In this document: positions 41,901-56,900 of the stretch, one piece after another
Numbering within the stretch: position 1 is the stretch's first letter
How the letters are laid out: each line of letters starts with the position of its first letter
NCBI RefSeq assembly: GCF_004010195.1
Contig: NC_057718.1
Span: 86,543,514 to 86,607,513 of the forward strand
Source of the DNA: Chiloscyllium plagiosum
Taxonomy: Eukaryota
Direction: 5' to 3'
Length of the DNA stretch: 64,000 bases
Position numbers and translations under genes: made by a program
The notes under the pieces: model-generated
The model's input: only the letters and a program-made list of their open reading frames with translations
Database searches by the model: none
Told to the model about the DNA's origin: nothing

Positions 41901-44900
41901 GGTCAACAGCATTTGTATTTTCCTGCAGTTGCGCATAATTGAATGGATAGCCAAATGAATGCGGTAAAGAAAGCTTAACCTCATGATTTGTTCCCTTTGG
42001 ATCTGATTAATGTTTTCATAAAAGAGAGCAGGGAAAGTGGCAGCAGACAGGCTCTTATTAAGGAGGGAAGCTCTCTCCTGGTCAGTGCCAAGTTTCTTAA
42101 ATATTGTTGAAGGTGCACTCATCTAGGTATGTGGGGAATATTTCATCAGTATCCTGACTTGCGTCTTGTAGGTGGGTGAACCCACACTTCGGAGAAATTA
42201 GGTGCTGGGTTATTCACTGCAAGATTCCTAACCTCTGACCCACTTTAATAGCCAATGTATTTATATTACTAGAATCGAGAGTGGGGTGCTGGAAAAGCTG
42301 GAATTCCTGATGAAGGAGTTTTGCCCGAAACATCGATTCTCCTGCTCCTTGGATGCTGCCTGACCTGCTGTGCTTTCCAGCATCTCACAGCTCTAATCTC
42401 CAGCATCTGCAGTCCTCATTTTCGCCCGTTTGTTTCACTAGTCCAGTTTAGTTTCTGGTCAATGGTAACTCCCTTCACATTAACATTTTTTTTGTGGGAG
42501 AGGGGAGACAGTGAAGTAACACCATTGCATGTCAATGGCCAATGCATTGATTCTTTTATTAGAGATGGTCATTACATGGCATTTGTCTGGCACGAATGAC
42601 ACTTGTTCCTCTTTAGTCCAAGCCTGGACATTGTCCAGCTTTTGCTGAATTTGGACATGGGCTACTTCAGTATCTATGTTGTTGTGAATGGTAGTGAAAT
42701 TTGTAATCATCTGCAAACATCCCACTTTATGTTATCATAGAGGGTCAGTCATTGATGGAGCAGCTCAAGATGGTTGAGCCTAGAATGCTACTGTGATAGT
42801 GTTCCTACACCAGGGTCACAATGTCTGGGTTCAAGACCCATCTGCTCCAGTCATGTGTAATAACATTTCTAAACAGGTTGATTAGAAGGTATCTGAGGAA
42901 CTATATAGTCTTGTGGCACACAAGTAGCATCCGTATCTTTGGGACTACAAGATTTGAATTCAAGGCCTATCAGTTCCAGAGGCGCATCATAACATATCTG
43001 AGCAAGCTGACTGAAATGCATTACCAGAGGAAGTCTTGCAGAGATGTTTGACCTCCAACAAACACAACCATCTTCTTTTCTGCTAGGTATGACTGCAGGA
43101 CAACTCCCTCCTGACTGCGTACTACTATGCCACCACCTTTGCTGGGTCTGTCATGGCAGTGAAACAAGACATATCCAGGGACAGTGATGGCGGTGAAAAC
43201 AAAAAAGTATTGGAGATCATAGCAGGTCAGGCAACATCCATGGAAAAAAAGCAAGCTAACGTGTTGGGTCTAGATGACACTGTACGTCAGCTCTGATGAA
43301 GAGTCATCTCGACTCGAAACATTAGCTTGCTCTCTCCATGAATGCTACCTAACCCGTTGTGATCTCTGGCACTTTTTTGTTTTCAGTACAGATTCCAGAA
43401 TCTACAGTAATTTGCTCCTATATACGTTGGCGGTGGTATCTGGACATTGGCTGGAAAGTATGACTCCATGAGTATGACTATACAAGGCTGTTGCCTGACA
43501 GGTCTGTTAAACAGTTCTCCCACTTTTGGTACTAGCCAAACGGAGGCCTCTGCAAAGTTGGCATTGCTCAGTTTGCCGTTGTCATTTCTGGGGCCAGAGC
43601 CAGGTGATCCATCTGGTTTCACTTTGTTTTATCAATTTCTAGGAAGTCTCAAAAAGGAGTTTGCTACGCCACCTCCGAGGGCAGTTAAGTGTCAACCACA
43701 TTGATCTAGGTCTACAGTCACTCATAGACTGGTTTCCTTCCCTAAAGGACATTAGTGTTTTTTTACAGCAACTAACAATGGGTTTCATGTCATCATTAGA
43801 CATTTAATACCAGATTTTTATTGAATTCCTGGTGGGATTCGAATGCAGGTATCCAGAACACTACCTGGGTCTCAGGATTAGTCTAGAGATAGGCTAGTAA
43901 ACCATCACTACTTCTCTAAATACGATTATTTCAAATAAACTAAAACAAATAGCGATTAAGATTCAGTACACCCAGCTTATGATCAAAAAAAGTGTGTTTC
44001 CAGTCGTAAACAACAATCCCTCACTCAAACAGAAGTAAAAAAATTAGAGGAGGAAATTGCAGTTTGGCTCTACTGGGGCGGGGGGCAGCATGTGCTTAAC
44101 ATAATGTTTGGAAAAAACCAAAACTTCTGCAGCTCCTCTGCTCAGGTACTTCCTACAAATAGGCTGGATTTCAAAACAGACCACTTACAATGGAAGTCAT
44201 CACTTAGTAGAAGTTGCACAATAAAATTTGCACAAAAATCACGGCAACTTACAAGTTACTATGGCTGTTTCACAAGTTTTCTCTGGTGAATAAGGTAAGT
44301 TGATTATACAAGTATTTTTTGAAAAGCATATTTATTTACCATGCTATGATGTTCATACGTTAAAAATATAACAAAATATATGAGTTATTCTAAAAATATC
44401 CATTGAAATTATAAGTTAAATGCAACTAATTTCTAGAACAGATGTCAAGAGGTCAATAATTCAAATAGGCCAGCAATAATTTCTTGCAATATTCGAAGCC
44501 CACTGCATTGGAAATACAGATTAAGGCACAGCCAAACGTGCATTAGGTAATGGGGAGGGATGATCAGGTTGTTGCTGAAAAGAGAAGTACTTTGGAAATG
44601 CTTACCTATAGACTGAGGGGAATCTGTATAAGGATTACTCTTTACATAGTGGCAACGGTCTGTAGCCAACATTACATTATAAACTTTCTCTGTCTTGACT
44701 ATTCCATTCTCTGTAAAAGATGAAAAAGGAAAGTATTTATGAACTTCCCCATTTGGAACTGCAAATATTAAGAACAGTGACATTAGGAAATATATACATT
44801 AATTTTTTAAAATCAACCTGTTATGACATTTCGGCCGCAGCTGGGATTTGAATCAGGGCATTTGGGCTCAGAGATAGGGATATTACCACAAGAGCCCCAA

Positions 44901-47900
44901 ACATATATTTTAACCTGTCACAACTCAATTGGGAAAAGTGCACGAAATTTGAGACTCACTTTCCAAAAGCCATCGCAAATGTGTAACAAACTATTTACAT
45001 CAGCAAGGTGATCAATTTCCCTGACTGTTTCAAAACCAGTGTAAATCATACCAGGCTTTATTATTTACAAGCTAAATTTATTGAAAACAAACTTATTGTT
45101 TCACAAATGGCAATAAGAAATGGATTACTTATTTCTACCAAACAACTTAATGTCAGTTTAAAACATGGAGTAAAACAGATGAAAAGGTTCAGATTGATTA
45201 TAAAAACAATGTCAGTCAATAAACAGAATGAATTGTTTCGCATTCTTTATTTTAAAAATTATGGTGACACAATGTTGTGGCAGTAATAGTTGACATTCTA
45301 TTCAAGAGTTGATTAGGCGGACCTATGTTTTTTCACTTGCACAAGAACTCGTTCTTTTCAGAGTCTTCAAGCTCTGATTTTAAGTATTAAAACAAAAATA
45401 ATTCCCCCATTTATTATCTCACCTCTCACTCCCCATGGAATTATTCCCATACCAAACAAACAACAGCTGCTCTCAGCCTCCAATGGGTTCTTTATTTCCT
45501 ATTTTGCCAAGTGGCAAGGGCTAGTGTTCGCTTACAGGTATTTTTCTTGCTTTTGTTTCTTAAAATCAATGACCAGCAAAACCAATTACAGCAATTCTTC
45601 AACCTGAATACACCAGAACAAATCCCCTGGCATGTGTCTATTTGACTGGAAACCAGATTAGCTCTTCATCCAACTGTGATTGATTTTGTAAGCTATCAGC
45701 CCTTCCCCCTTGTTAGCCATACAGAACCTTAGAGTCTGGTATTTATGAATATAGGGAAGCACAGATAACCCAATTTCAAGATTGCTTGTTTTTTCCTGTG
45801 GCAAGAAGATATATTAATATTTCTAACTAATAAGGCTAATCAGCTAGCCTCAACCTCCACTCCCTTTCATCTTGGAAGTGGATCATTTAGAATCTGATAC
45901 CTACAACTTTCCAGAACTTTGAGATCCATCCCATTGTAAATTCAGAGCATGTTAATATTGTCTCTGAACGCAAGTACCTTGCACCTTCTTCTCAATAAAA
46001 CAATCTAAGTTGCTCTTTGATCGCTAATAGCTTAAAAATGAGATGGTTCGCTTATCAGCAGAACAGGTGACATAACCGCCTTTAAAATTTAATATTAATA
46101 AAGCATTAATTGGTTCCATATGAGAAATGATAACCTGCAGCCAAATTTGACATTAACTTCTTATATAAGAAAGTATTACATTGGCACATTAAATTATCAA
46201 AGAATTTAATACAATAGCCCACCTGTGGTAGAGACTGAAACTAAATTCAGGAGAAGGAATTTTACTCAGTGGTAGGAATGTGAAACCCAATACAATTCCA
46301 AAACAGGTTAAGGCATGGAGGGAAATTGTAGGAAATGGAGTTCCCAGACACCTGATGCTATTAACCTAAGTAGTAGAAATCACAAATTTGGGGGAAAAAA
46401 AAACTGGCTTTGACAAGCTGTTGCATTCCAGCTTGTAGATGACATACATTGCTGATACTAGAGAAGCAAGTCAATACTTAAAGTGGTGAAGATGCCAAGT
46501 AAGCAGAATGCTTTTACCTTGAGCGCAGTTGGAGCCAGCAAGAGGAGATCATTTTTTACTTGTGGCTGGATAGTAAATGGAAAGGCTTTAGGGAACAAAA
46601 AGGCAAACTATAATCTGTTATTGTAGCCACACCATTCATATGGCTCATCCAATAAGGTTTCTGGTCATTGGTTACTCAGGATTTCAGTGAAGATAATGCT
46701 TTTAATGCCGAAGAAGTGTAGCATATCTATTGTTGGAGATTATCAATGCCTAACATGCACAGCAGAAATGTTTCCCATTAAAGTACATAATGGTGGAAGG
46801 AACAAAACAATTAAAGAACAAGATGGGTTGAGAAGACAACTAAACTGTACTGGTTGAGCCGTGCTTGTGGTACTTTTGCAGTGAAGACCAAGAAACATAA
46901 AACTCAAAAAAAGCCCCTGCTTATTATCGCACCTCTCACTCCCCATGGAATTATTCCTATACCAAACAATGTTTGAACTTTTACCAGCTATTTGACATGT
47001 CCAAAGACAGGAATTTTATTCAAGACCTCCTAACTTAATCAAGTTCATAGATCTTCCAGAGGTGGTCACTATTTGATGGAGTCTACTCAAACAAAAGAAA
47101 TGCAACTACTTCAATACATTCCAAAATAAAAAAAAAACCAAGCCATCATATTAGACATTTTACTTATTACACATGCTATATATGCTAATCAAATACAATA
47201 ATATCCAATTCCTACAAAAAGTACCTCAAAATCTAGGTTGTTTGTTTTTAGTTTAATTAAAAATATTTTTATGAGCAGCTTCCTTGAATTTTTTTGGTCA
47301 TTAGGTCTCCCTGAAACAGCAAAGAAAAACAAAGCAGTGTTCACACATATCAGGCTCTGGCTGAATCAAAAAATGGCCAAACAGACGGTTAATTAAATAA
47401 AATGCATTATTGAAGAATGTAGATAGGCACAAGTGTTAAGAACTGCAGCCTGGTACTGTGCCCAGCTTCCTCAGATGGAATGATCCTTGTTATTTCAGAA
47501 ATTCTAGAGTCTCAAGTCTCAGAAACATACAGTGAAGAGTTCAAGTTGTTCAGTACTTCCTTTGTCTTCAGTCTTTTGATATTTTGTGCCAACACAATGT
47601 GGAATGGTTTTACAATCCCTAACACTGTCCCTTATAGATATGAAATGTATGCTCCACACCTGATCAGTTGTTATTACTTATAAATATGGATATACTAAAC
47701 ATTCAAATCCACCAGCTGTTCCCACTATAAATTTTTGGTTCAGTTTTTAAAATTAAAAATGTCTAAAATTATAATTAAATATTACATCCGGTATTGGAAT
47801 GAACTAGGTCCAACAGCCAGAGGATGTAGTTAAAACATGACAAACTTAGCCATAGGAATTTGAACAGGATAAAAATAAGGACAGATGAGCAACTTTAAAA

Positions 47901-50900
47901 TAGTAACAGAAATATGCCTGCATATACTATTATCCTCTTCCTGTCTATATAAAAACTAGCACATGCACATTAGTATGCACATTCATATCATTAGGGCCAA
48001 ACAAGCACTGAGATTTAGTCCTGAAATGTGATCATTAAAATGTGCCTGTTGAACGGTTTTCCCATGGCACTGGGAAATATATCAGAGTATATCATTATGT
48101 GTCCATTGACGATGCAGCACAAGTATCCAGGCACTCAATTGCAAAGGAATTTTAGGAAATTTCACATCTTGTGCATCCTGACTTTTAGTCACAGAGACAA
48201 ACAGTACAGAAACAGACCCTTTGATCCAACCCGTCCAAGCCAACCAGATATCCCAACTTAATTCTAGCCCTATTTGCTAGACTTTGGCTCATATCCCTCT
48301 AAACCCTTCCTATCCATATACCCATCCAGATTCCTTTTATATGCTGTAATAACACCAGCCTCCATCACTTCTTCTGACAGTTCATTCCATATGTGCATCG
48401 CCCTCAATTGAAAAAGTTGCCCCTTAGGTCCTTTTTAAATCTTTCCCCTCTGACCTTAAACCTATGCCCTCTAGTTCTGAGTTCCCCCACCCCAGGGAAA
48501 AGACTTTGTCTAATTACAATATCCATGCCCCTCATGATTTTATAAACCTCTAAGGAGTAACCCCTCAGACTCCAAGGAAATCAGCCCCAGCCTCTTCAGC
48601 CTCTCCCTATAGCTCAAACCCTCCAACCTTGGCAGCATCCTTGTAAATCTTTTCTGAACCCTTTTAAGTTTAATAACATCCTTCCAGTAGGAAAGAGACC
48701 AGAATTGCACACAGTATTCCAAAAGTGGCCTAATCGATGTCTTGCATAGCTACAACATGACCACGAAACCTCCTCTACTACAATCCCAACCGACTCACTC
48801 TCTCCTCATATGTCAGCTCTGCCATCCCAGAAAGGAATCTGGTAAACATTCGCTGCGCTCCCTCGATATCAAGAGCATCCTTCCTCAGATAAGGAGACCA
48901 AAACTGCACACAATATTCCAGGTGTGGCCTCACCAAGGCTACTGAAAAATGGCAGCTAGACATCCCTGCTCCTGCATTCCAACCTCTCACTACGAAGGCC
49001 AGTGTACAGTCTGCCTTTTTAACTGCCTACTGCACCCTGCAGGTTTAGTTTCAGCCACTGGACAGTGCAGGCCAAGAGAATGAAAAGATCACGGACAAAG
49101 CAAACGATATGAGTCCTGTGGAGGGCAAAGTTCAAAATGGAAAAGGCAGCATGTTCAGTGCAGGGGGAAGTCTTGTTTTCACTGCAAGACACCAAACAAC
49201 TTTGCACATTAGTATCTGGCTGTGTGGAAGCACAATAAGCAAACACCATCACCTGCTCGAATCTGGAAGTATAGAATCCCAGTGTGGAAGCAGGCCATTT
49301 GGCCCACTGAGTCTAAACTGGCCCTCTGCAGAGCATACCCAGATCTTTATCCTGTTCCATTCATTTCCCATGACTAATCCACCAAATCTGTGCATCCTTG
49401 GATACTATGGGGCAATCTTAGCATGGCCCATCTTTGAACTGCTCCACCATTTTCGATTATGTTTGATCATCAATCTAAATGCCATATCCTGCGCTATCCT
49501 TATATCCATCACTATCTTAAATTCTATAAATGTATTGCTGTCTTGAACTTGCCCAACAACCTTTCACCTCTGGGGTAGAGAACTGCAAATTCCTCTTCCC
49601 CCTCAATCGTAATTGGTTTGTCTCTTATTCAGAGACTGTTGAAAACATAATCGCCAGTCCTTCTCTGCCACTGGGTGAAAATCTTTGAAGTCCCTCCTTA
49701 CTGCATTGTGGGTCTATATATACCAAATGGATGCAGTGGTTGAAGGCAGCAGCATAGCACCATCTTCTTCACGCGAACTAGTGATGAGCAATAAATTCTA
49801 GCCCAGCCAGTGATGCCCATATCCCATGAATGAATAAACAAAAGCAACTTGTAAATCACAATAACCTACTGCATTCGCTGTACACCCAACTTCCCGAAAC
49901 CAGTCAGGGATATGTAACAAGATATTGCATTTTAAATGCACAGTAGCACCTGGGGATTAGAAAAGGTGTTGTTGCTCCAAAACCTGGGAGATGGTAGCGG
50001 GTTTTGAGAAGTGTTTTAGCTCAGGTTGAGGTTCTGGATGTAAGTTTGCTCGCTGAGCTGGAATGTTCATTTTCAGATGTTTCGTCACCATACTAGGTAA
50101 CATCATCACTGAGCCTCCGGTGAAGCTCTGGTGTTACGTCCTGTGTTCTATTTGTGCGCGGGTTTCCTTGGTTGGTGACATCATTTCCTGCTCTTTTTCT
50201 TAGAGGATGGTAGATGGGGTGCAAGTTGATGCGCTTTTTGTAGAGTTCCGGGTTGGAATGCCATGCTTGTAAGAATTCTTGTGCGCGTCTCTGTTTGGCT
50301 TGTCCTAGGATAGATGTGGTGACCCAGTCAAAGTGGTATCCTTCCTCATCTGTATGTAAGGATACAAGTGAGAATGGGTCATGTCTTTAGTGGCTAGTTT
50401 ATGTTCATGTTATCCCGGTGGATAGTTTTCTGCTGTTTGTCCGATGTCATGTTTGTTACAGTTCTTGCAAAGTATTTTGTAAATGACGTTCGTTTTGCTT
50501 GTTGTCCGTATAGGGTCTTTTAAGTTCATTAGCTGCTGTTTTAGTGTGTTGGTGGGTTTGTTACCATGATGCCAAGAGGTCTGAGTAGTCTGGCAGTCAT
50601 TTCAGAGATGTCTTTGATGTACAGGAGAGTGGCTAGAGTTTCTGGGCATGTTTTGGCTGCTTGTTTGGGTTTATTGCTGAGAAATCAGCAGACTGTGTTC
50701 ATTATGCGTTCACTTAGCAGCATTAGAAACAACACAAAGACAACAAACTCACAGATGAAACTGACCAAACCAGACAGTCGCACCAACATTAAGCAGGAAA
50801 AAAGAAGGAAACACACCCAATACACAAGAAAGGAAAGTACTAGAAGGACTAAAAAAAGATAAAAACATTGTTATCCTACCTGCAAACAAAGGACACTCGA

Positions 50901-53900
50901 CAGTCATTTTAAACCAAACAGACTACATTGAGAAAACGAACACACTGCCTGCAGATGCCAACACTTAATAGATGGCAGTAGACCAGACCCACAACTAGAG
51001 AATCGAATCACAGCCCTACTCAAAAAAACTTCAGAAATCTGGAGAATTAAACAAGACTGACTTCCAAAAAACCACATGGATCCAACACACCATGCTTCTA
51101 CAGATTATCCAAAATTCACAAACCAGACCCCCCCCAGACCCATAGTCTCACTACCTGGAACACCGATGTACAGATTAGCCAAGGAACTACACCAAAGACT
51201 AAAAGACTTAGTAGAAGACTCATGTCACTCCACCCAAGAATTGCTGAACATGAAAGATACCAAGATAGAAGAGAATGAAATTATGGTTTTCCCATCAACA
51301 TCAACCTATTAGAAGAACCAAAGACACCTACACCAAACACCACCAACTTCATCAGCAAGGACAGAATTGTCAAGTTAGTGGACCTATGCCTTACCACCCA
51401 CTTCAATTTCAATAACAAAACCTACAGACAAACTAATGGAACATCCATGGAATCTCTGACATCAGGGTTCTTAGCAGAGGCAGTAATGCAGTAAGGCTGA
51501 ACAAACAGTTTTGCCAACCATCCAACCCAAACTTTGGGTCCGCCACATGGATGACACCTTTATCACTAAATTAAACAAGTTAGAGGAAACCTTCAAGACA
51601 TGAATAATATCCTTACTGGCATTAAATTCACAAAAGTGAAGGAAAACAACAACAAACTGCCATTCCTAGATGCCACAGTAGAGCAAACAATCAATCAATG
51701 GAGAACTTCAAACCAGCATCTACCAGGTAAACAACACATACGGACCAAATACTGAACGACAAAATCAATCATCCAAACACCCACAAACGAAGCTGTATTG
51801 GAACATTATTTCAACGTGCCACCACACACTGCAGCACAGAAGAACTACGAAAAGCAGAGGAAAATCACCTATACAGTGTATTCAAAAAGAACAGGTACCC
51901 CATGAACAAAGTCCACTGATTTCTCAGCAACAAACCCAAACACGCAGACAAAACACACCCAGAAACTCTAGCCACTCTCCCCTCCATCAAAGACATCTCT
52001 GAAATGACTGCCAGACTACTCAGACCTCTTGGCATCATGGCAGCCCACAAACCCACCAACACACTAAAACAGCAGCTAATGAACTTAAAAGACCCTATAC
52101 GGACAACAAGCAAAACGAACGCCATTTACAAAATACTTTGCAAGAACTATAACAAACATTACATCGGACAAACAGGCAGAAAACTAGCCACCAAGATACA
52201 CGAACATCAACCAGCCACAAAAAGACGTGACCCTCTCTCACTAGTATCCTCACATACAGATGATAAAGGACATCACTGAGTGTGACAATACATCTAACCT
52301 AGGACAAGCCAAACAGAGACAAGCACAAGAATTCCTAGAAGCATGGTATTCCAACCGGATCTCTTATCAACAACCGACTTAGACCCATCTACCACCCTCT
52401 GAGAAAAAGAGCAGGAAATTATATCACCAACCCAAGGAAACCCAAACTCAAATAGATAGCAGGACATAACACCAGCGCTTCACCGGAGACTGTGATGATA
52501 TTACCTAGTATGGTGACAAAACATCTGAAAATGAACCTTCCGGCTCAGCGAGCAAACTTACATCTAGAACCTGGAAGATGGCTCCAAAGTCAGAGAGCTG
52601 CAAAAGGATGTACGAATGAGCGTAACAGGCAAGGTATCTTGCAAATTCAGGTGTCTTAATATCACAATTCTTAGTGCGGAAGCAGGCTATTTGACCCATT
52701 GAGTCCACACCAACCCTCTGAAGAACATCACACCCAGACCTACCTCGCCTACTCAATCCCTGTAACTCTGCATTTCCCCAGGCTAATCCATCACTGGACA
52801 CTACTGGCCATGCTAAACTGCCCATCCACCTAACCTACATGTCTTTGAAATATAGGAGGAAACCAGAGTACCAGCAGGAAACCCACACAGACATGTGGAG
52901 AATGTGCAAACTCCACACATTCAATCCCCCAAGGTGGAATTGAACCGGGGCTACTGATGCTGTGAGTTAGCAGTGCTCACCACTGAGCCAACATGCTACC
53001 ATTGCAACCAGGATGTTCAGATGCATTAAAACGAGGATGAAGGCAATTTCTAGAGATTGCGTGTGGAGGCAACAACATGCAGATATCCAAAGTCATGTTT
53101 CTGAAGTGTGGAAATGGTGAGAAAAATTGGGTCAGAGCACCAAACAGATTACACAGTGTATACAGAACCAACTGGCCTTTGAAATTGCTGAAGGTAGCAA
53201 TCAATTTGGGATCAATGAAGAAGGTCCTCTGCATCACCAAGATCACTTGCAGATCTTTGGATTGAACAGAAAACATTAGTGCAGAGGAGTGAAAGTGAAG
53301 AAGAATGGGGACAGAGTGTGTGTGCAAACGAAAGGGAATTGAAGTTTAGTATTCTTCTTTTAGTCAAAGGGCAAAGAGACTTAAGTTCTCATTCAAAGTT
53401 GAAAGAGTTCTTTGGGTCAAACATTATTTTTTTTAAAAAACAGGAAGTAAATGAGATGAACTGTCATGGGGGGGGAAACTAAATTCAGTGAAACGTTTAG
53501 GAAACCACATTTAAGGAGTTTAAAATGCTGCTTTTGGAATGCTAAACTGGGAAGCAAGCTTCTGAAGATAGATAGATATAAATCAAAGCTTACATTTCTA
53601 AAGCACCTTTAGCATAGTAAAAGTCTGCAACATAGTCATAGAGATGTACAGCATGGAAACAGACCCTACTGTCCAACCTGTCCACGCCAACCGAATCTAG
53701 TCCCACCTGCCAGCACCCGGCCCATATCCTTCCAAACCTTTCCTATTCATATACCCATCCAAATGCCTCTTAAATGTTGCAATTGTACCACCCTCTGTGT
53801 GAAACAGTTGCCCCTTAGGTCTCTTTTATATCTTTCCCCTCTCGCCCTAACCTATGCCCTCTAGTTCAGGACTCCCCGATCCCAGGGAAAAGACTTTGTC

Positions 53901-56900
53901 TATTTATCCTATCCATGCCCCTCATAATTTTGTAAACCTCTAAGGTCACCCTTCAGCCTCCGACGCTCCAGGCAGCACTAAACTAAATAAGGACACAACA
54001 TACACTCCTGCCACTGTGCACCAGCAGGAGTGAATCTTAAAGGTGTGTGGGGTACCATATCAAGCAACTGTACTGTCTTCAATGGTGTTGAAATCTTGGA
54101 GGGTCGTTGGAGCTGAACCCATCTGGGCAAGTGGCGTGTATTCTATCACCTTCCTGACATGTGCCTTGCAGATGGTGAGGGGGCCCTGGAGAGTAATACC
54201 AATTGTAGGATTCAGCGTGTGACCTGCTCTTGTAAACATATTACTCATTTGGCTGGTCCAGTCAAGCTTGTATCAATTATAATTTCCAAGACATTTTTGG
54301 TGGATTCAGCAATGGTGTTGAACATCAAGGGGAGATAGTCAAATCCATTCTTCTTGGAGATGTCCATTGCCTGACACGTTTGGCACAGTTGCTTGCCACT
54401 TAAAAGCCCAAACCTCTAAACGTCATGTTGCAATTGGTAACAGATGGCTTCGTAGATTTCTTTCCAAAAATATAACAAAATACTAGTTAGATTATCGAAT
54501 TGCAAACAGTTCTGGTCACTACATTCAAGAAAGTTTATGATCACACTTCAGAAAGAGATAAGGATGTTGCCAGAATCAGAAACATTTAGCTTTAACAAAG
54601 GCCTGGATAAGCTGGGGTTGCATTCTTTGGAATATCAGCAGTGAAGGGAGATTTTTAATTAAGGTGCGCTAAATTAATAGCAGCCTGCACAGTGGATAAG
54701 ATTCGCAGATGGATGGATTTTCCTGGGAGAGAAGCTGCCTTTTCACCCAAAGGGTCATGGGGATCTGGAACAGTCTGCCTGAAATGATGGTTCTTAAAAA
54801 CAACTGGATAGACAATTGAAATGCTGCAATCTACAACGTTATGAATCAAGGGCTGGAAATTGAGATTAGACTGGATAGTTTTTATTTTAACTTATTTTAT
54901 GTTATGTATTATAGTACTACTTCCTTCTGTAGGAAGTTACTCATCTTAATTCCGTTTTCAACTTCAGTTTGCTAGAGCACACTCCTGCCAATCTAGTTAA
55001 ACACTTGCAACTGCACTAGTGAACCTCAGTACAGACAGGGGCGTTCCCTCCCATTTGGAGAACACTTCAGTGGTCCAGGACCTTTGACCTCGGTGACGAG
55101 CCCCCAAGACTGACTTCAGGACAAGCAACTACTCAAAGTGGCCGAGCAGAGGCTGATAGCAAAGTTCAGTTGAGGCCATTGGGGATGGCCTCAATCGTGA
55201 CCTTGGGTTCATATCACACTACAGGTGACACCACGGCACCACACACTCCTACAGACCCACTCTCATAAAAAAGCTCTCTCTCATACGCTCACAGATACAC
55301 TCCCACACTCACATGCACCCCTCACAGACATATACCCCTTTACACACTCTCACGGCCTCACAGACACAGACAATCATACCCCCTGCACACACACCCACAT
55401 ACACACAAGTTTGTGGGGTGAATTTGTACTTGCAGAAGTACATTTTATTTTGCTCAAAACTGCATGAATTCATGTAAGAATCTGCAAATCCTTTTTTAGA
55501 TTAGAATCAGTCTGAACATTGGGGCACAGACAGCCTCACACAGGGCACTCACACGTTCAATGCATTGTCTGGGCCAACATGACACCAACTGTTAAAGTTC
55601 ACTTGAGAATGTAACTTAAAGGAAGTCTTGGGATTTACATACGAAAGAACTGAAACCAACATGCCCATTCTAAAAGATGTGAAACTTAAACAACCCAGGT
55701 CTTTTTCAATATATAAGTTCAGTTACATTACACAGTAAACTTTTGCTACAAATTCTGTGTCCTCCAATCTTATACACCACAACCACCTGATGAAGGAGCA
55801 GCACTCCGAAAGCTTGTGCTTCCAAATAAACCTGTTGAACTATAACCTGGTGTTGCGAGATTTTTTTAAAACTCAGTATACCAGGGAACTGAGCCCAAAT
55901 TGGCTGACAATCTAGTACAGTATTGAGAGCGTGCTGAACTGGTGAAGCAGTCTATTGGATGTAGATATTAAATGGAAATGATATTCCACCCTCTGATGTG
56001 CTCAAGAGATTTATCTCACCACGGTATTTTTAATAGACCACAGGAGCCCTTCCTGGTTTCCAGAGTAACATTTATTCAGAATTAAAAACCGCTGAAATAC
56101 ATTGCCCAGCCATTATTACACAGCTGATTTTAAGAGATTGCCATGCACGCAGTTAGTTATTGGGATTTCTAGGTTTACTATATAGCATTTCAGAAATTCC
56201 AGAGGTTGAGAAAGGGACTTTATAAATGCCTTAACATTTTTCAAGGTACATCTGAACATACTATTATGCTGTATTGGCTCTCCTATATTATATTTCCACT
56301 GCCCTACTCCTGGGATGAACCAATGATTACAGAAAGGATACATATTGCACTAACAGTGGCAGTTGTAAAAAAAATAAGATGTACTTATTGGAATTCTATG
56401 ATCTCTTCAATGTTAACATCTCTTCTAAGTATTCAGAATATATCAACATTAATTACTCAGACAATGTCAGAGTCCAACAATTCTCTCCACTTTCCTCCAT
56501 TATGAATATCCCCTTCAGTTATTGTTCATTCATTTCCCTGCCTATGTCTTAGTACTCTGTGGATAGGCCACTTTAGCAACATGCATTTCAAGATATCAGC
56601 TTCATCACATACAGTTTTGGCAGTCTGCAAGTACTTGTTCATTTCTCAATATATTCAGCCTTCAGGAAATCCAACATCATATAATCGCTACATAAATCCA
56701 GACTGACAAGTGAATTTTCATTCAACTATTTCTGTTTGAAGAACATAAACTATTCCTCAAAAGCAATTAATTGGCTTTCAACCATCTAGGAGTCATGAAA
56801 GGGATTTTATTAATCTAATCCTGGGATTTTCCCTCAGTAGCTCTCAACAGGGAGATCATTAGCCAGCCAGTGTTACTGGCAAAGGTGAAGAGGCGACAGT

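Larger units (their letters stand above)
41890..43730 (-). mobile_element. Ancient CR1/L2-clade LINE fragments interrupted by younger insertions
   Basis: [11 protein letters not shown]...[27 protein letters not shown] and CIVILMESY endonuclease motifs; related 3' ends at 40945-41155 and 49650-49840. Confidence 0.7.
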
